Below the pieces are notes generated by a model, which was not told where the DNA came from, did no database searches, and saw only the letters and a program-made list of their open reading frames with translations. A stretch of DNA of 64,000 nt from contig DATHMM010000063.1 of NCBI GenBank assembly GCA_035487095.1, forward strand, positions 42,769 through 106,768, written 5' to 3'. Numbering within the stretch: position 1 is the stretch's first letter; every line of letters begins with the position of its first letter. This stretch comes from Candidatus Sulfotelmatobacter sp. (GTDB taxonomy: Bacteria > Acidobacteriota > Terriglobia > Acidiferrales > UBA7541). The translations under genes and the position numbers were made by a program. Of the stretch, positions 38,283 through 48,624 are shown in pieces.

Positions 38283-39005
38283 ATGCAGCGCAAGAGTCGA
38301 AACGCTTTGCCCGCTTACCAGCGGATTCAAAGCATCATCCGTAAGCGCATTGACGCCGGCCACCTGCGGCCGGGGGATGTGGTTGCTTCGGAACGGGACC
38401 TCGCCAAGATCCACGAAGTCAGTTTGATGACCGCGCGCCACGCGCTGGCCTCGCTCGAACGCGAAGGTGTCGTCGAGCGCCGCCGGGGCATCGGCACCTT
38501 CGTTGCTGCGCCCAAAATCCACTTCAACAAGTTGATGAGCTACACCGAGCAGATGGCGAGCCGCAGCCTCACGTCCAGCACCAAAATCCTCTTCGCCAAA
38601 GTCATTGACCACGAGCAGGAAGCCACGGCCCGCCTGTCTCTTCCTCCCACGAGCGCCATCATCAAGCTCGAACGGCTGCGCAGCGCGGTGGACGAGCCCT
38701 TTGCGCTTGAAACTTGCTACCTTTCCCACGCGCAATTTCCCGATTTACTTTCGGCCCCGCTGGGGCGCGAGTCCTTGTTCGCCACGCTCGAGCGCGATTA
38801 CAAAGTAGAGTTGGGCTACGCAGACGAAGAAATTGACGCCACCGCCGCCGACCCGCGGATTGCCGACCTGCTCGCCATCCCGCGGCGCGAACCGCTGCTT
38901 CGCATTCGTCAAGTCATTTATTCCACTCAAGGGAAAGCCGTGATTTATGTGCTGGGCTTCTACCGTTCGGACCGCCACAACCTGGTGATTCGCCGTTTCC
39001 GGTAG
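38283..39005 (+). CDS. GntR/HutC-family regulator with UTRA domain (NagR/DasR-like)
   Basis: P.Y..I...I, SERDLA....VS.MTAR.AL..L..EG...R.RG.GTFV; UTRA C-domain; heads the nag operon. Confidence 0.9.
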   Translation: MQRKSRNALPAYQRIQSIIRKRIDAGHLRPGDVVASERDLAKIHEVSLMTARHALASLEREGVVERRRGIGTFVAAPKIHFNKLMSYTEQMASRSLTSSTKILFAKVIDHEQEATARLSLPPTSAIIKLERLRSAVDEPFALETCYLSHAQFPDLLSAPLGRESLFATLERDYKVELGYADEEIDATAADPRIADLLAIPRREPLLRIRQVIYSTQGKAVIYVLGFYRSDRHNLVIRRFR

Positions 39006-39085
39006 CTCCTGCGGGTGGCTGACGCGCGGTTGTCTCGATGGAGTTGCGAGCTCGATTTGCGGCGCAAATTTCGAAAGGCTCTTGC

Positions 39086-39880
39086 ATGCTGGTGGTTCTG
39101 AAGCGCGATCAGGAAGAGGTTGGCCGCCACGCCGCTCATTTCATTGCGAATGCGATTCGCAGGAAAGCGTCGCTCACGCTTGGCTTGGCCACCGGGAATA
39201 CGATGGTCGGCGTGTACCGCGAACTCGTGCGCCTGCATCGCGAGGAACATCTCGATTTTTCCGGCGTCACCACGTTTAATTTGGACGAATATTTTGGACT
39301 GTCTCCGCAACACGCCGAAAGCTTTCACCATTTCATGCACGAACACTTCTTCTCCCACGTAAACGTCACTCCGCGCAACATTCATATCCCCGACGGCACA
39401 ATCACCGGCGATTGCGAAGAATACTGCGCCGCTTACGAGCAAGCCATTCGTGATGCGGGGGGAATCGATCTTCAGATTCTCGGCATCGGGCGCAATGGCC
39501 ACATTGGCTTTAACGAACCGACCTCGAGCATCGGATCAAGAACGCGCCTCAAAGTTCTGAGCAAGCAAACCATCGAAGACAATCGAAAACTCTTCGGCGC
39601 CGGAGAGGAGATTCCCCAGTGCGCCATCACCATGGGGATTGGAACCATTCTTGAGGCCCGCAGGATTCTCCTGCTCGCATCCGGGGAAGCCAAAGCGGCG
39701 GCCGTCGCAAAATCGATTGAGGGCCCAATCACTTCCTCGGTGACGGCCTCCGCGCTTCAGCTCCATACGGATGTTACTTTTCTCCTGGATGAGGCTGCTT
39801 CCATGGACCTGACGCAGCGCGAATACTACATGCGGGTTTTGGAAATGACGGCAAAGCTCACCCCGAATCGTCTCACGTGA
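39086..39880 (+). CDS. nagB: Glucosamine-6-phosphate deaminase
   Basis: LGLATG.T, TFNLDEY.GL, DLQILGIG.NGHIGFNEP, AITMGIGTI. Confidence 0.95.
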   Translation: MLVVLKRDQEEVGRHAAHFIANAIRRKASLTLGLATGNTMVGVYRELVRLHREEHLDFSGVTTFNLDEYFGLSPQHAESFHHFMHEHFFSHVNVTPRNIHIPDGTITGDCEEYCAAYEQAIRDAGGIDLQILGIGRNGHIGFNEPTSSIGSRTRLKVLSKQTIEDNRKLFGAGEEIPQCAITMGIGTILEARRILLLASGEAKAAAVAKSIEGPITSSVTASALQLHTDVTFLLDEAASMDLTQREYYMRVLEMTAKLTPNRLT

Positions 39881-40019
39881 GCCTTGCCGGGTATGGTGCT
39901 GTTGCAAATGTAAGAAGTTGGGCAAAGAAAAAACCGACGAGTCCCCGGTCATCTTTCGGGCCTCTGCCGGCATCATAGATTTCAAGTTTATTCGATTGGG
40001 AAAGATAGCTCGGCCCTCA

Positions 40020-41036
40020 ATGATCCTGGCTGGCGACATCGGCGGCACAAAGTGCAACCTCGCTCTATTCGAGCAAGCGGGCGCAGCTCTGCGGCCGGTA
40101 TTTCAATCCCGCCTTGCCACCAGGGATTTCTCCAATTGCGAGCTTTTGCTTGGCTCTTTCGTTCAGGCCGCGCACACACATCTCGGGAAAGCGCAGGATA
40201 TTTCCATAGCGGCGGCCGGATTCGGCATTGCTGGTACGGTCGTCGGCGGCCGTTTGCACGCCATCAATCTTCCCTGGCAACTGGAGCCGGCATCGCTCGC
40301 CGGCACCCTGCGTCTCGACAGTAAGAATATTGTTTTCATGAATGATCTGGTGGCCACCGCTTGCGGAATTGATCGACTGGAACCGCAGGATTTTTTTCTT
40401 CTGAATGAAGTCACTCCCCAATTCCAGGCGAACAAAGCGCTGATTGCGGCCGGCACGGGGTTGGGAGAGGCCATGCTTTTCTGGGACGGACAGCGTCACG
40501 TTGCTGCGCCCTCCGAAGGTGGAGCGGCGGACTTCGCGCCCCGCACCGCTCGCGAAATCCGCTTTTTGCAGTTTCTCAAGCAGGACCTCGCCCGCGTCTC
40601 CTGCGAAGAGGTTTTCTCGGGAAGAGGTTTCCGGAGAATGCACGAGTTCCTGAATCCGGCCGTGCGCCACCCCGTATTTGATGAATCTTCCGGTGATTCC
40701 GCGAAAGAGATCACCCAGAACGCGATTTCCGGCGCTTGCAAAGTTTGCGTGGAAACTCTCGATTTCTGGATCGACGCGTTTGGCGCTGAAACCGGGAACC
40801 TGGCCTTGCGCGTTCTTGCCTATGGCGGCGTCTACCTGGCAGGCGGCATCGCTCTTAAAATATTGCCAAAACTCAAGGAAGGCACTTTCTGCCACTCCTT
40901 TGCCGACAAAGCGCCGCTCGATGCTGTGCTTGCCCGCGTGCCCATCTTTGTCATCTTGAATGAGGATGCTCCCTTGCTCGGGGCTGCTTACGGGGCCTTG
41001 GGAACTCTGGACTCTTGCCTGCATGCAAGAACATAG
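40020..41036 (+). CDS. glk: Glucokinase (Glk family sugar kinase)
   Basis: ILAGDIGGTK, NLPW, ND, AGTGLGEA, SEGG, E...SG.G, GGVYLAGGI. Confidence 0.88.
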   Translation: MILAGDIGGTKCNLALFEQAGAALRPVFQSRLATRDFSNCELLLGSFVQAAHTHLGKAQDISIAAAGFGIAGTVVGGRLHAINLPWQLEPASLAGTLRLDSKNIVFMNDLVATACGIDRLEPQDFFLLNEVTPQFQANKALIAAGTGLGEAMLFWDGQRHVAAPSEGGAADFAPRTAREIRFLQFLKQDLARVSCEEVFSGRGFRRMHEFLNPAVRHPVFDESSGDSAKEITQNAISGACKVCVETLDFWIDAFGAETGNLALRVLAYGGVYLAGGIALKILPKLKEGTFCHSFADKAPLDAVLARVPIFVILNEDAPLLGAAYGALGTLDSCLHART

Positions 41037-41144
41037 AATCCCTCTCGCGTTGCAATGCGGCCTGAGGAGGACTTGCATCGCTGTACTTGGCAAGTTCGGC
41101 AGCGCATTCGGCCCATCTGTTTCGAGGTAGCAAAGAAAGGTGCG

Positions 41145-42440
41145 ATGCACAAGGATAGCGTGACGCCTCGGATCCATCCGGCGGCATGGATTCCCACCAT
41201 GTACTTCGCGGAGGGTCTCCCTTTCTTCGCGATTTCCCTCATCGCTGGAATCCTCTACAAGCGTCTCGGCCTTCCCAACGACGTCATTGCCCTGTACACC
41301 AGTTGGCTTCTCCTCCCGTGGTCGTTGAAGCCGATTTGGAGCCCGCTGCTTGAAATGTTCAAGACCAAGAAATTCTTCGTGGTCTTTTTCGAATTTGCCG
41401 GAGGACTGAGCTTGGCCTCGATCGCCCTCTTCCTGCCGCTGCCAAATTTCTTCCGTTACACGCTCGCCCTGTTCGCCGTAGTCGCGTTCTGTTCCTCGAC
41501 ACATGACATTGCCGCCGACGGTTTGTACATCGCCAGTCTTTCCGCGAAACAGCAGGCTGCCTATGCCGGCTGGCAAGGTGGCTTCTACAACGTCGCACGT
41601 TTCTTTTCGCAGGGAGCCCTGGTGATTCTGGCGGGTTTTCTCGAAGCGCGCTTCGATGTGCCGCACGCCTGGATGGCTATTTTTGCCGGCATGGGGCTGC
41701 TCCTCGTGATGTTGAGTCTCTATCACCTGCGCGTGCTCCCCGCGGGCGCGGAGCGGCATTCCGAGAGTTTTCGCGAAATGGCCGCGACCTTCTGGGACGT
41801 CATCGTAAGTTTTTTCAAGAAGCCAAACATTATTTTGCTCCTCGTCTTCCTCCTTCTCTATCGCGCCGGCGAGGGTCAAATCGTCAGAATTGGGCCGCTC
41901 TTTCTGGTGGACAAACGATCCCTTGGCGGCTTGGGTTTGACCACAGATCAGTTCGGCGCCATCTATGGCACGTTCGGAACAGTCGCTTTCATCCTTGGCA
42001 GCATTCTCGGAGGCTACTTCACTTCCTGGCTGGGCCTGAAGCGCGCTCTGCTGCCGCTTATTTGCGTCATGAATCTCCCCATGCTCGTTTACTACTACCT
42101 GAGCACGGCCCTGCCTGCAAATCACGTCGCCGTAACTCTCGCCATGAGCCTGGAAATGTTCGGATACGGCTTTGGTTTCGTGGGTGTGATTCTGCTCATG
42201 ATGCAGGAAATTGCGCCGGGAAAATACCAGACCGCTCACTACGCCTTTGCCACCGCGTTGATGAACATGGGCCTTATGCTTCCAGGGACCGTAAGCGGAA
42301 AAATCGAAGTGGCGCTAGGCTACCGAAGATTCTTCATTTGGGCCCTGATTTCCGCCGTCCCCGCCTTGATTCTTTCGCGGTTTGTCCCCATACGCGGAGG
42401 CGCGATTGCGCCTCCAGAATCCCAGCTTTCCGAAGTCTAA
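41145..42440 (+). CDS. MFS transporter, AmpG-like (GlcNAc/muropeptide permease)
   Basis: YFAEGLPF, LPWSLKP.WSP, S.THDIAADG, TAHYA..TA.M; 12 TM segments. Confidence 0.85.
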   Translation: MHKDSVTPRIHPAAWIPTMYFAEGLPFFAISLIAGILYKRLGLPNDVIALYTSWLLLPWSLKPIWSPLLEMFKTKKFFVVFFEFAGGLSLASIALFLPLPNFFRYTLALFAVVAFCSSTHDIAADGLYIASLSAKQQAAYAGWQGGFYNVARFFSQGALVILAGFLEARFDVPHAWMAIFAGMGLLLVMLSLYHLRVLPAGAERHSESFREMAATFWDVIVSFFKKPNIILLLVFLLLYRAGEGQIVRIGPLFLVDKRSLGGLGLTTDQFGAIYGTFGTVAFILGSILGGYFTSWLGLKRALLPLICVMNLPMLVYYYLSTALPANHVAVTLAMSLEMFGYGFGFVGVILLMMQEIAPGKYQTAHYAFATALMNMGLMLPGTVSGKIEVALGYRRFFIWALISAVPALILSRFVPIRGGAIAPPESQLSEV

Positions 42441-42477
42441 GCATGGCGGTGGGCGCAGAATTCTTGAGGAGCATTCC

Positions 42478-44073
42478 ATGTCCCTGACACTGGAGCAGTC
42501 GATCGGCCAACAATTTCTCTTGAGCTTCACTGGTAAGCGCAAACCTCCTGTCGAGTTGCTTCGTATCCTGCAAAGCCAGCACATCGGCGGCATCGTCCTG
42601 TTTCGCGCCAAAAACATGGGAAGTCTTTCCGAGTTGCGTCAGTTGACTGCGGCACTACAGAAGGCTGCGGTGGAGACCGGCCAACCCCCTCTCCTGATCG
42701 CCGCAGACCAGGAAGGCGGACAACTCATGGCCATCGGAGATGCGACTCCTTTTCCGGGGAATATGGCGCTAGGCGCCACACGCTCTGAAAAGCTGGCCTA
42801 CAAAGTCGGACGGGCTCTTGGACGAGAGGTCGCTGCCGTCGGAGTGAACGTCGACTTTGCGCCCGTCTGCGACGTCAACAACAATCCCGCCAACCCCGTC
42901 GTGGGCACGCGTTCCTTCGGAGAAAGTCCGGCGCTGGTATCGCGGCTGAGCGCTGCTCTCGTTCGAGGATTGCAGTCGGCTGGCGTGGCCGCCACGGCAA
43001 AACATTTTCCAGGCCACGGCGATACTTCCAGTGACTCACACCATGGCGCCCCCGTGCTCCAACACGATTGGGAAAGGGTCCGTCGCGTGGAATTGCCGCC
43101 ATTTCGAGCGGCCATTCAAGCGGGTGTGCGGCTCATGATGACGGCCCACATTGTTTTCCCCGCCCTGAACGGCGGCACAAATCTTCCGGCCACCCTTTCG
43201 CAAAATATCCTGCGCGGCTTGCTCCGCCGCAAGCTGGGCTTCGACGGCCTTATCGTCAGCGACGCGATGGATATGCACGCGATCGAGCAGGGCCCGGGAC
43301 TCGTTGTGGACGCGCTCGCCGCTTTGAAAGCCGGCGTCGATTTATTACTGCTGAATCATGATTTAGACAGGGTTTCTCCCACACATTCCTGTGCAGTTCA
43401 GGCAGCACGTCGCGGTCTTCTTTCGCCTGAGGAAATCCACGCTTCGGCGCGCCGCATTCTCCATCTGAAATCCTGGCTCGGCCGCTCCAAGCAGCCGCCC
43501 CTCAGCGTGGTCGGCTGTCGCGAGCATCGCGCGCTGGCGCGGGAGGTCGCGGAGATGTCCGTCACGCTCGTGCGTGACACGACTCGGCAATTGCCACTTC
43601 AGCTGCATGCCAACGCCCGGATCGCCGTCGTTGTTCCACGTCCGGAAGACCTGACTCCCGCGGACACCTCCTCGCTCGTGGTTCCAGCCCTGGCCTCGGC
43701 CGTTCAGCGCTATCACCGTCAAGTTGACGATTTCACTGTGGGGATGAATCCTTCCGCCGCGGAAATCAGGGAGCGTCGCGCTCAACTCCTTAAATATGAT
43801 CTTGTAATCATCGGGACGATTAACGCCGCGGACCACCCCGGCCAGGCGGCTCTCGTGAACGCGCTGCTGAAGGAAGGGCGCAAGGTCATTGCCGTAGCCC
43901 TGCGGATGCCCTATGACCTTGCCGCGTACCCCGCAGCTCCAACTTACCTCTGCACATACAGCATCCTTCCTCCCGCGATGGAGGCGCTGGCCGACGCACT
44001 CTGGGGACGAATCCTTTTCAACGGGAAGCTTCCCGTTCGCATTCCCGTTAAACACTTATCTCCCGGTCGTTAG
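42478..44073 (+). CDS. nagZ: GH3 beta-N-acetylhexosaminidase (cytoplasmic, two-domain)
   Basis: DQEGG, APV.DVN, KHFPGHGDT..DSH NagZ signature, MTAH, SDAM.M; no signal peptide. Confidence 0.9.
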   Translation: MSLTLEQSIGQQFLLSFTGKRKPPVELLRILQSQHIGGIVLFRAKNMGSLSELRQLTAALQKAAVETGQPPLLIAADQEGGQLMAIGDATPFPGNMALGATRSEKLAYKVGRALGREVAAVGVNVDFAPVCDVNNNPANPVVGTRSFGESPALVSRLSAALVRGLQSAGVAATAKHFPGHGDTSSDSHHGAPVLQHDWERVRRVELPPFRAAIQAGVRLMMTAHIVFPALNGGTNLPATLSQNILRGLLRRKLGFDGLIVSDAMDMHAIEQGPGLVVDALAALKAGVDLLLLNHDLDRVSPTHSCAVQAARRGLLSPEEIHASARRILHLKSWLGRSKQPPLSVVGCREHRALAREVAEMSVTLVRDTTRQLPLQLHANARIAVVVPRPEDLTPADTSSLVVPALASAVQRYHRQVDDFTVGMNPSAAEIRERRAQLLKYDLVIIGTINAADHPGQAALVNALLKEGRKVIAVALRMPYDLAAYPAAPTYLCTYSILPPAMEALADALWGRILFNGKLPVRIPVKHLSPGR

Positions 44074-44229
44074 AGTGCCACGCGCGCCGCGCCAGCACTG
44101 GACAGTCGCGAAGCTCACCTCGCAACCTCAACGAAAACCGACTCGCTGAAACAGGGCAACTATTCCATCATTATTTCGAGTCCAACAGGATCACGCGTGA
44201 CGCTGACTTGAGACGTGGGCACATTCCAT

Positions 44230-44931
44230 TCATCTCTGGGCCTGCTTGAAGTCGAAGTAAGCGAGGTTCATGTTGCCGTTCGTCAATATATGTACGGTGA
44301 GAACGTTTTTCCCGTTGTTGAGGCGAACCTTGAAAAGTTGCGATGCCAGATTCCAGTGGTGCCACTGACGCCAGGCCAGCGGGTCCGCAGGATCATAGGT
44401 TGATGCGATCTCCACGGGCCCCGTCCCATCCTTTCCATTCACATCGACTGATATTGTTCCCCCACGATTCGATGTATACAGGAAATCGGCCTCGTATGTT
44501 CCCGCGTGGGTCACATCTACGGTGATGTTGAACCACTCTCCCGGTTCGGTCCAGCCAACATAGAGCAGGTCTGCAGGAGGAACAACCTTGTTGAAGGGGT
44601 TGTCGTCAATCGGATTTGGCTTGCGCTGAAACTTCGTGTAGGAAGTGTCCACTCCCTCGTGGATGCGAAACTCATTGAGGTAGGTCCCATCGGCCGGGTT
44701 CAGCTCTCCGCTGCCGTGATTCTGAGGATCGCTGTCGTGATACGCGACGCCTTCGCCGCCCAGGTCATAGTAAGCACATATCACCCGTCCCGGTATCTTT
44801 TGTGGGCCGCCCTGATAACGGCCGTCGTGATAAGCCAGGCCTTTATACTGGCTCAAGAATGATTGGGAAAATCCAATTGCCGGCAACATCGATGCCGCCA
44901 AGAAGCATAAGGAGAACGCCTTCTGGATCAT
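44230..44931 (-). CDS. Secreted carbohydrate-binding (CBM6/35-like) protein
   Basis: Signal peptide; IPG.....YD.GGEGVAYHD.D; GW...GEW...TV.V..AG.Y; G.MN...F.F. Confidence 0.8.
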   Translation of the reverse strand: MIQKAFSLCFLAASMLPAIGFSQSFLSQYKGLAYHDGRYQGGPQKIPGRVICAYYDLGGEGVAYHDSDPQNHGSGELNPADGTYLNEFRIHEGVDTSYTKFQRKPNPIDDNPFNKVVPPADLLYVGWTEPGEWFNITVDVTHAGTYEADFLYTSNRGGTISVDVNGKDGTGPVEIASTYDPADPLAWRQWHHWNLASQLFKVRLNNGKNVLTVHILTNGNMNLAYFDFKQAQR

Positions 44932-45018
44932 CCTGCCTCCCGGAGTACCGATAACCTAATCTTCAGTTGCGCAACTCTGCCAATCAGCGGCAGCGACGGC
45001 TCAAATATGTTCTGCACT

Positions 45019-46260
45019 TCAGACTTGGAAAAGTTCGATCCCTTGCGCTTTTCCGAGATTGCGCGAGTACTTCTTGTCTGTCCCATTGTTCCAATGTTCG
45101 TGTACCCCAAGGCTGCGGCATCGGATGCCGTCGCGTTCAGGATCATAGAGAGTCTTCGAAGGCGGGTCATTCGCCAAGGCAGATTCGCGCAGGTAGTTAT
45201 CGGCATTCGTGATATCCGGCAGATCGGGCCATTCCGAGGTGAGAAAATCGAAGCCGACGGAATCGATCGCCACGCCGTCAAACGACATAAAAATGCTGTT
45301 CGGCCAAGCATCATTGAATGGCGCCATCTTCCACTTGCGATGAGGCGGACCATCCACATTGTCGTTTCCATAGAGCCCATCAACGATAAAAAGCGTGGTT
45401 TTCTCGCCGAGGTCTTTGTGACCCAAATAATCCGTGAACGCAGAGTAACTTGCCGAACCATCGTTGTTGTGATGGAAACCGTCGTGCGCGTTCTTGCGCC
45501 AGTCGGGATTGATACTCGTAGCGCCGAAGAGATTCTTCGCGCAAAGTGTCACCCCTGAACTCACGTGCGCTCTCAACACGGCAGCATCAATTAAGTAGGT
45601 GGCTTCAACGACTGTGGTATCGAGTCCCTTAGCGTTGTTGCTTTCAATCGAGAAAGGAATCGCGTTGGGTTTGAACTCGGCCTTTACTCGTCCATCCCCT
45701 CCAATATGATCCACAAACGTGACGCCGGGAAATTCATGGTGAACCTTGTCGTAGAGATTGCCCGGGATGAACCGGCTGGAATCGAAGACGGTGATCGATG
45801 ATTCCGGCACGCGGCCCGGGCCGGTCAGCTGTCGGACGAGGGAAAGGATCAAATGGGACGAGGAGTTCAGGCGTTCGATCGTGCCATGGTCCGTTGTGTT
45901 GTTCAGGTTCGCCTTGATCGCTATCTTCTCCCCAGCACTATATCCAGCTTTGCCGCGCCCATGAGTGCGATTGAAGTATTGAAAGATGGAGTTCCATGCC
46001 TGGGCGTCGCTTTTTTGATTTGTGAGGCCGCGAATGGACCGGGAAACCATGCGATCAATTACAGACTGGTCATTGTGGGCATCGGTCCACCACGAACCTG
46101 TGCCATCCCAGGTCACAGCCGCCGGGTCGTGCGCCCAAGTAACTCGGCCGGGAACGACGCCGCGGGGAACTCCTAATGGGGAAAGCGGCTCGAACAGGGA
46201 GGGTCGCAGATAGGTGGCAGCTGCAAGAGCCAGGGCGAATTCTCGGCGCGTCATGTCCAT
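45019..46260 (-). CDS. DUF362 domain protein, Tat-exported
   Basis: TRREF Tat motif; G..PGRV.W..DP; GEKIAIK.N.N; H...GVTLCAKN.FG; D.VAIDSV. Confidence 0.75.
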   Translation of the reverse strand: MDMTRREFALALAAATYLRPSLFEPLSPLGVPRGVVPGRVTWAHDPAAVTWDGTGSWWTDAHNDQSVIDRMVSRSIRGLTNQKSDAQAWNSIFQYFNRTHGRGKAGYSAGEKIAIKANLNNTTDHGTIERLNSSSHLILSLVRQLTGPGRVPESSITVFDSSRFIPGNLYDKVHHEFPGVTFVDHIGGDGRVKAEFKPNAIPFSIESNNAKGLDTTVVEATYLIDAAVLRAHVSSGVTLCAKNLFGATSINPDWRKNAHDGFHHNNDGSASYSAFTDYLGHKDLGEKTTLFIVDGLYGNDNVDGPPHRKWKMAPFNDAWPNSIFMSFDGVAIDSVGFDFLTSEWPDLPDITNADNYLRESALANDPPSKTLYDPERDGIRCRSLGVHEHWNNGTDKKYSRNLGKAQGIELFQV

Positions 46261-46677
46261 TTTGACTTGCTCCTCTCGCACAAAATTTTGCGGTTTCGTG
46301 GATCATTCTACCCGAAAGCGCAGAAACTGCGGCAGCCTCTTCACAAACAGCAAGGTCTTGCGCTGGAGACCGGTAGTTGCAGCGCGGGAACCTTGAACTG
46401 CCCAGCGAATTGTACCTGACGACGCAAGTAGAATCCTCACTTTGCCTGTCGTTACGCAAGAGTTCGTTTATGACCTTCACTGACATCCTTGCGGGCTTTG
46501 GACTGTCGTTGGTCGGCCCTACGTTGCGCAAGCGGAACAAGAATTCCACGGGGATGCACCACCGATCAAATCCTGGTAGTGGACGGCGGGTTCCTGGCGA
46601 GCGGAGTAAATCAGTAGACGTCTCTCGAATCGAAGAACCGTGAGATACATCAAATCTGCGGAACTCGAAGGGCTTTT

Positions 46678-48291
46678 CTATTCGGGAATAACTTCCATGG
46701 CGCTTATAGATGGGTAGTTTACAGCTGGAGTGAAGTAGATCTCTATTTTGCCTTGGGGTGTGGGTTCAATATGCTGGAAGGACTTAACCAACGGCTTGGA
46801 CCCGGCCTCCCCGAAAATATCAAATCCTTTCAAAAGCATCGATCCGTTGCAAGACACGTCAAACACCCGGCTGCCCACCCCTCCGATGCCGCCATTCTGG
46901 ACGCCAAACCAATGTTCCATGAAGTACAGCCTCAAAGTGTATTTACCTCCCGTCGCGACGGGAACTACGTAACGGAAGTGCCCAAAACGATGCCACTCGT
47001 AAAGTCGACCATCGGTGACTTTAGATAGATCGCCTCCGAAACTACTAACGCGTCCGCCAAAGAAGTACCGGTCCGGCATCCAAACATTGCCATTGGAATC
47101 ACGATAGGGTGAGTGTCCCGCGACGATCCTGACGGGGAGCATGCGATGTGGAGTTCCCGGAAAGATTTCAACTGCATTTACAAATCCCTCTGAAGTGGTG
47201 GAATCAAGATGAATCATTCCGTCGGCCTGCGGCGAAACGTCCGTAATTATTTTTGTGGTTGCTATGTCATCTCCCCCGGCATCGTCCACCACATCCAGGT
47301 TGGCAGGCGGCCCGCCATTGATCGAGAAGGCCACGTTGCGGCTCGCCTCCTGAAGGCCCGAGGTTTCAGCGAACAGGAGATGAACCTCGTAAGATCCCGG
47401 TGGAACTGGAAAATTACATTGAAAGATGCCACGTCGTCCGCTGGCGAAAAGCTGCGGGTCCTCGGTTCCTTGAATAGCGTGGCCATTGACAGAGAATGAG
47501 TTTCCTCCGGAGCAGAAATGATCGGCGTCCCATGAAAAACCACCGCGATCTATGTAAGGGGCCGAAGCATTGCCCATCATGACGCGGAGAATCTTTTCGG
47601 ATGTGAAGGCCGGAGCAGCTGCGACCAGGGTTTGCGAGGAGCTCTCATACCCACTCCTCTTGTTCCATTCTTTCCAAATAAAATCGGAGATGACCAACAA
47701 AGCAATCACAGCGGCAGCGACCGCTATCACCATGCGAGTGCGTGAAGGAAGCTTTATTCCAGGTTTGTCGCCATCGGGACTCGATGTGACTCTGTCGGGT
47801 TTTGGTTGTTCCACTTGGGCGGCAGGACTAACCTGTTGCTGTTCCTGCTGGCCGCTCGCTCTTAAGGCAACGCCATCCTGCGATTGGCCGTTCTGCTTCT
47901 TATCGAGTCTGGACTCAGTCGTTGCTTCCAACTCGCTTGTATGGATGAATTTGGGAACGTAGTGGCCGGGCGGTAGACAAATATGAACGGAATGGTCTGC
48001 GCCCGCGCTCGTATAATAATCTTCTAGCCGTTTTCGCAAAGCGTGGGCAGTGACCCGGACAATGGTGTCCAACTGTGGATCAAAAGACTCCGGGCGCCCA
48101 AGAGCATGCACCGCAATGCTGTACTCTTTGATTTCGTCGACGGCTCCTTCAAAGTACTTTTCACAAACAAATGCCAAAAGTCGAACTTGATTGTTGGTGC
48201 GCCCGAAAACCCCCGATGACAAGACGCCGTCTACCTCAGCCCGCTCGGCCTCAAGTCTGCTGATCGCCGATTGCAAGTGGATACCCCCCAA
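46678..48291 (-). CDS. Membrane-anchored regulator: N-terminal wHTH-like domain, TM, two malectin domains
   Basis: IKEYSIA...LGR...FDP..D.IVRV....LR.RL..YY...G.Y.P.F; TM near aa 187-206; two malectin repeats (G..W..D.F..GG, Y...L.F.E, R.F.V..NG, A.E..P). Start 48291 or 48276. Confidence 0.8.
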   Translation of the reverse strand: MGGIHLQSAISRLEAERAEVDGVLSSGVFGRTNNQVRLLAFVCEKYFEGAVDEIKEYSIAVHALGRPESFDPQLDTIVRVTAHALRKRLEDYYTSAGADHSVHICLPPGHYVPKFIHTSELEATTESRLDKKQNGQSQDGVALRASGQQEQQQVSPAAQVEQPKPDRVTSSPDGDKPGIKLPSRTRMVIAVAAAVIALLVISDFIWKEWNKRSGYESSSQTLVAAAPAFTSEKILRVMMGNASAPYIDRGGFSWDADHFCSGGNSFSVNGHAIQGTEDPQLFASGRRGIFQCNFPVPPGSYEVHLLFAETSGLQEASRNVAFSINGGPPANLDVVDDAGGDDIATTKIITDVSPQADGMIHLDSTTSEGFVNAVEIFPGTPHRMLPVRIVAGHSPYRDSNGNVWMPDRYFFGGRVSSFGGDLSKVTDGRLYEWHRFGHFRYVVPVATGGKYTLRLYFMEHWFGVQNGGIGGVGSRVFDVSCNGSMLLKGFDIFGEAGSKPLVKSFQHIEPTPQGKIEIYFTPAVNYPSISAMEVIPE

Positions 48292-48624
48292 GAGTGGTCC
48301 CTTAGACCTGCCACCCCATCTTTGGGGGGAGTATAACCGAATTTACTCCGCATGGCACTGGACCAAAACACCTGCGATTTCATTGACTTAGAGTTCAAGC
48401 AAAATGACTTAGGTTTCCTCCCGTCAATCCAAATGACGGCGGCACTCTAACAGTGAATTCACGGTTGTCTAACTTCCCAAATACGCGCCATTACTGCTTA
48501 ACTCCATCAACAATTACTTCGATTCACCCTATTTTCGGTGCAGCTCCCTGAACCGCCCTAATGGCGGCCGGTCAGAGGAGCAGTTCGGCAACAGAACTGT
48601 GATGCCGCCCTGGGAGTGTGCGAA

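Noticed and set aside
40065-42239. 724-aa minus-strand ORF
   Set aside because: Antisense shadow of glk and the MFS gene with no recognisable motifs; typical of GC-rich codon bias.
46261-46677. 400-bp intergenic region with short ORFs
   Set aside because: No recognisable coding, repeat or RNA signal.
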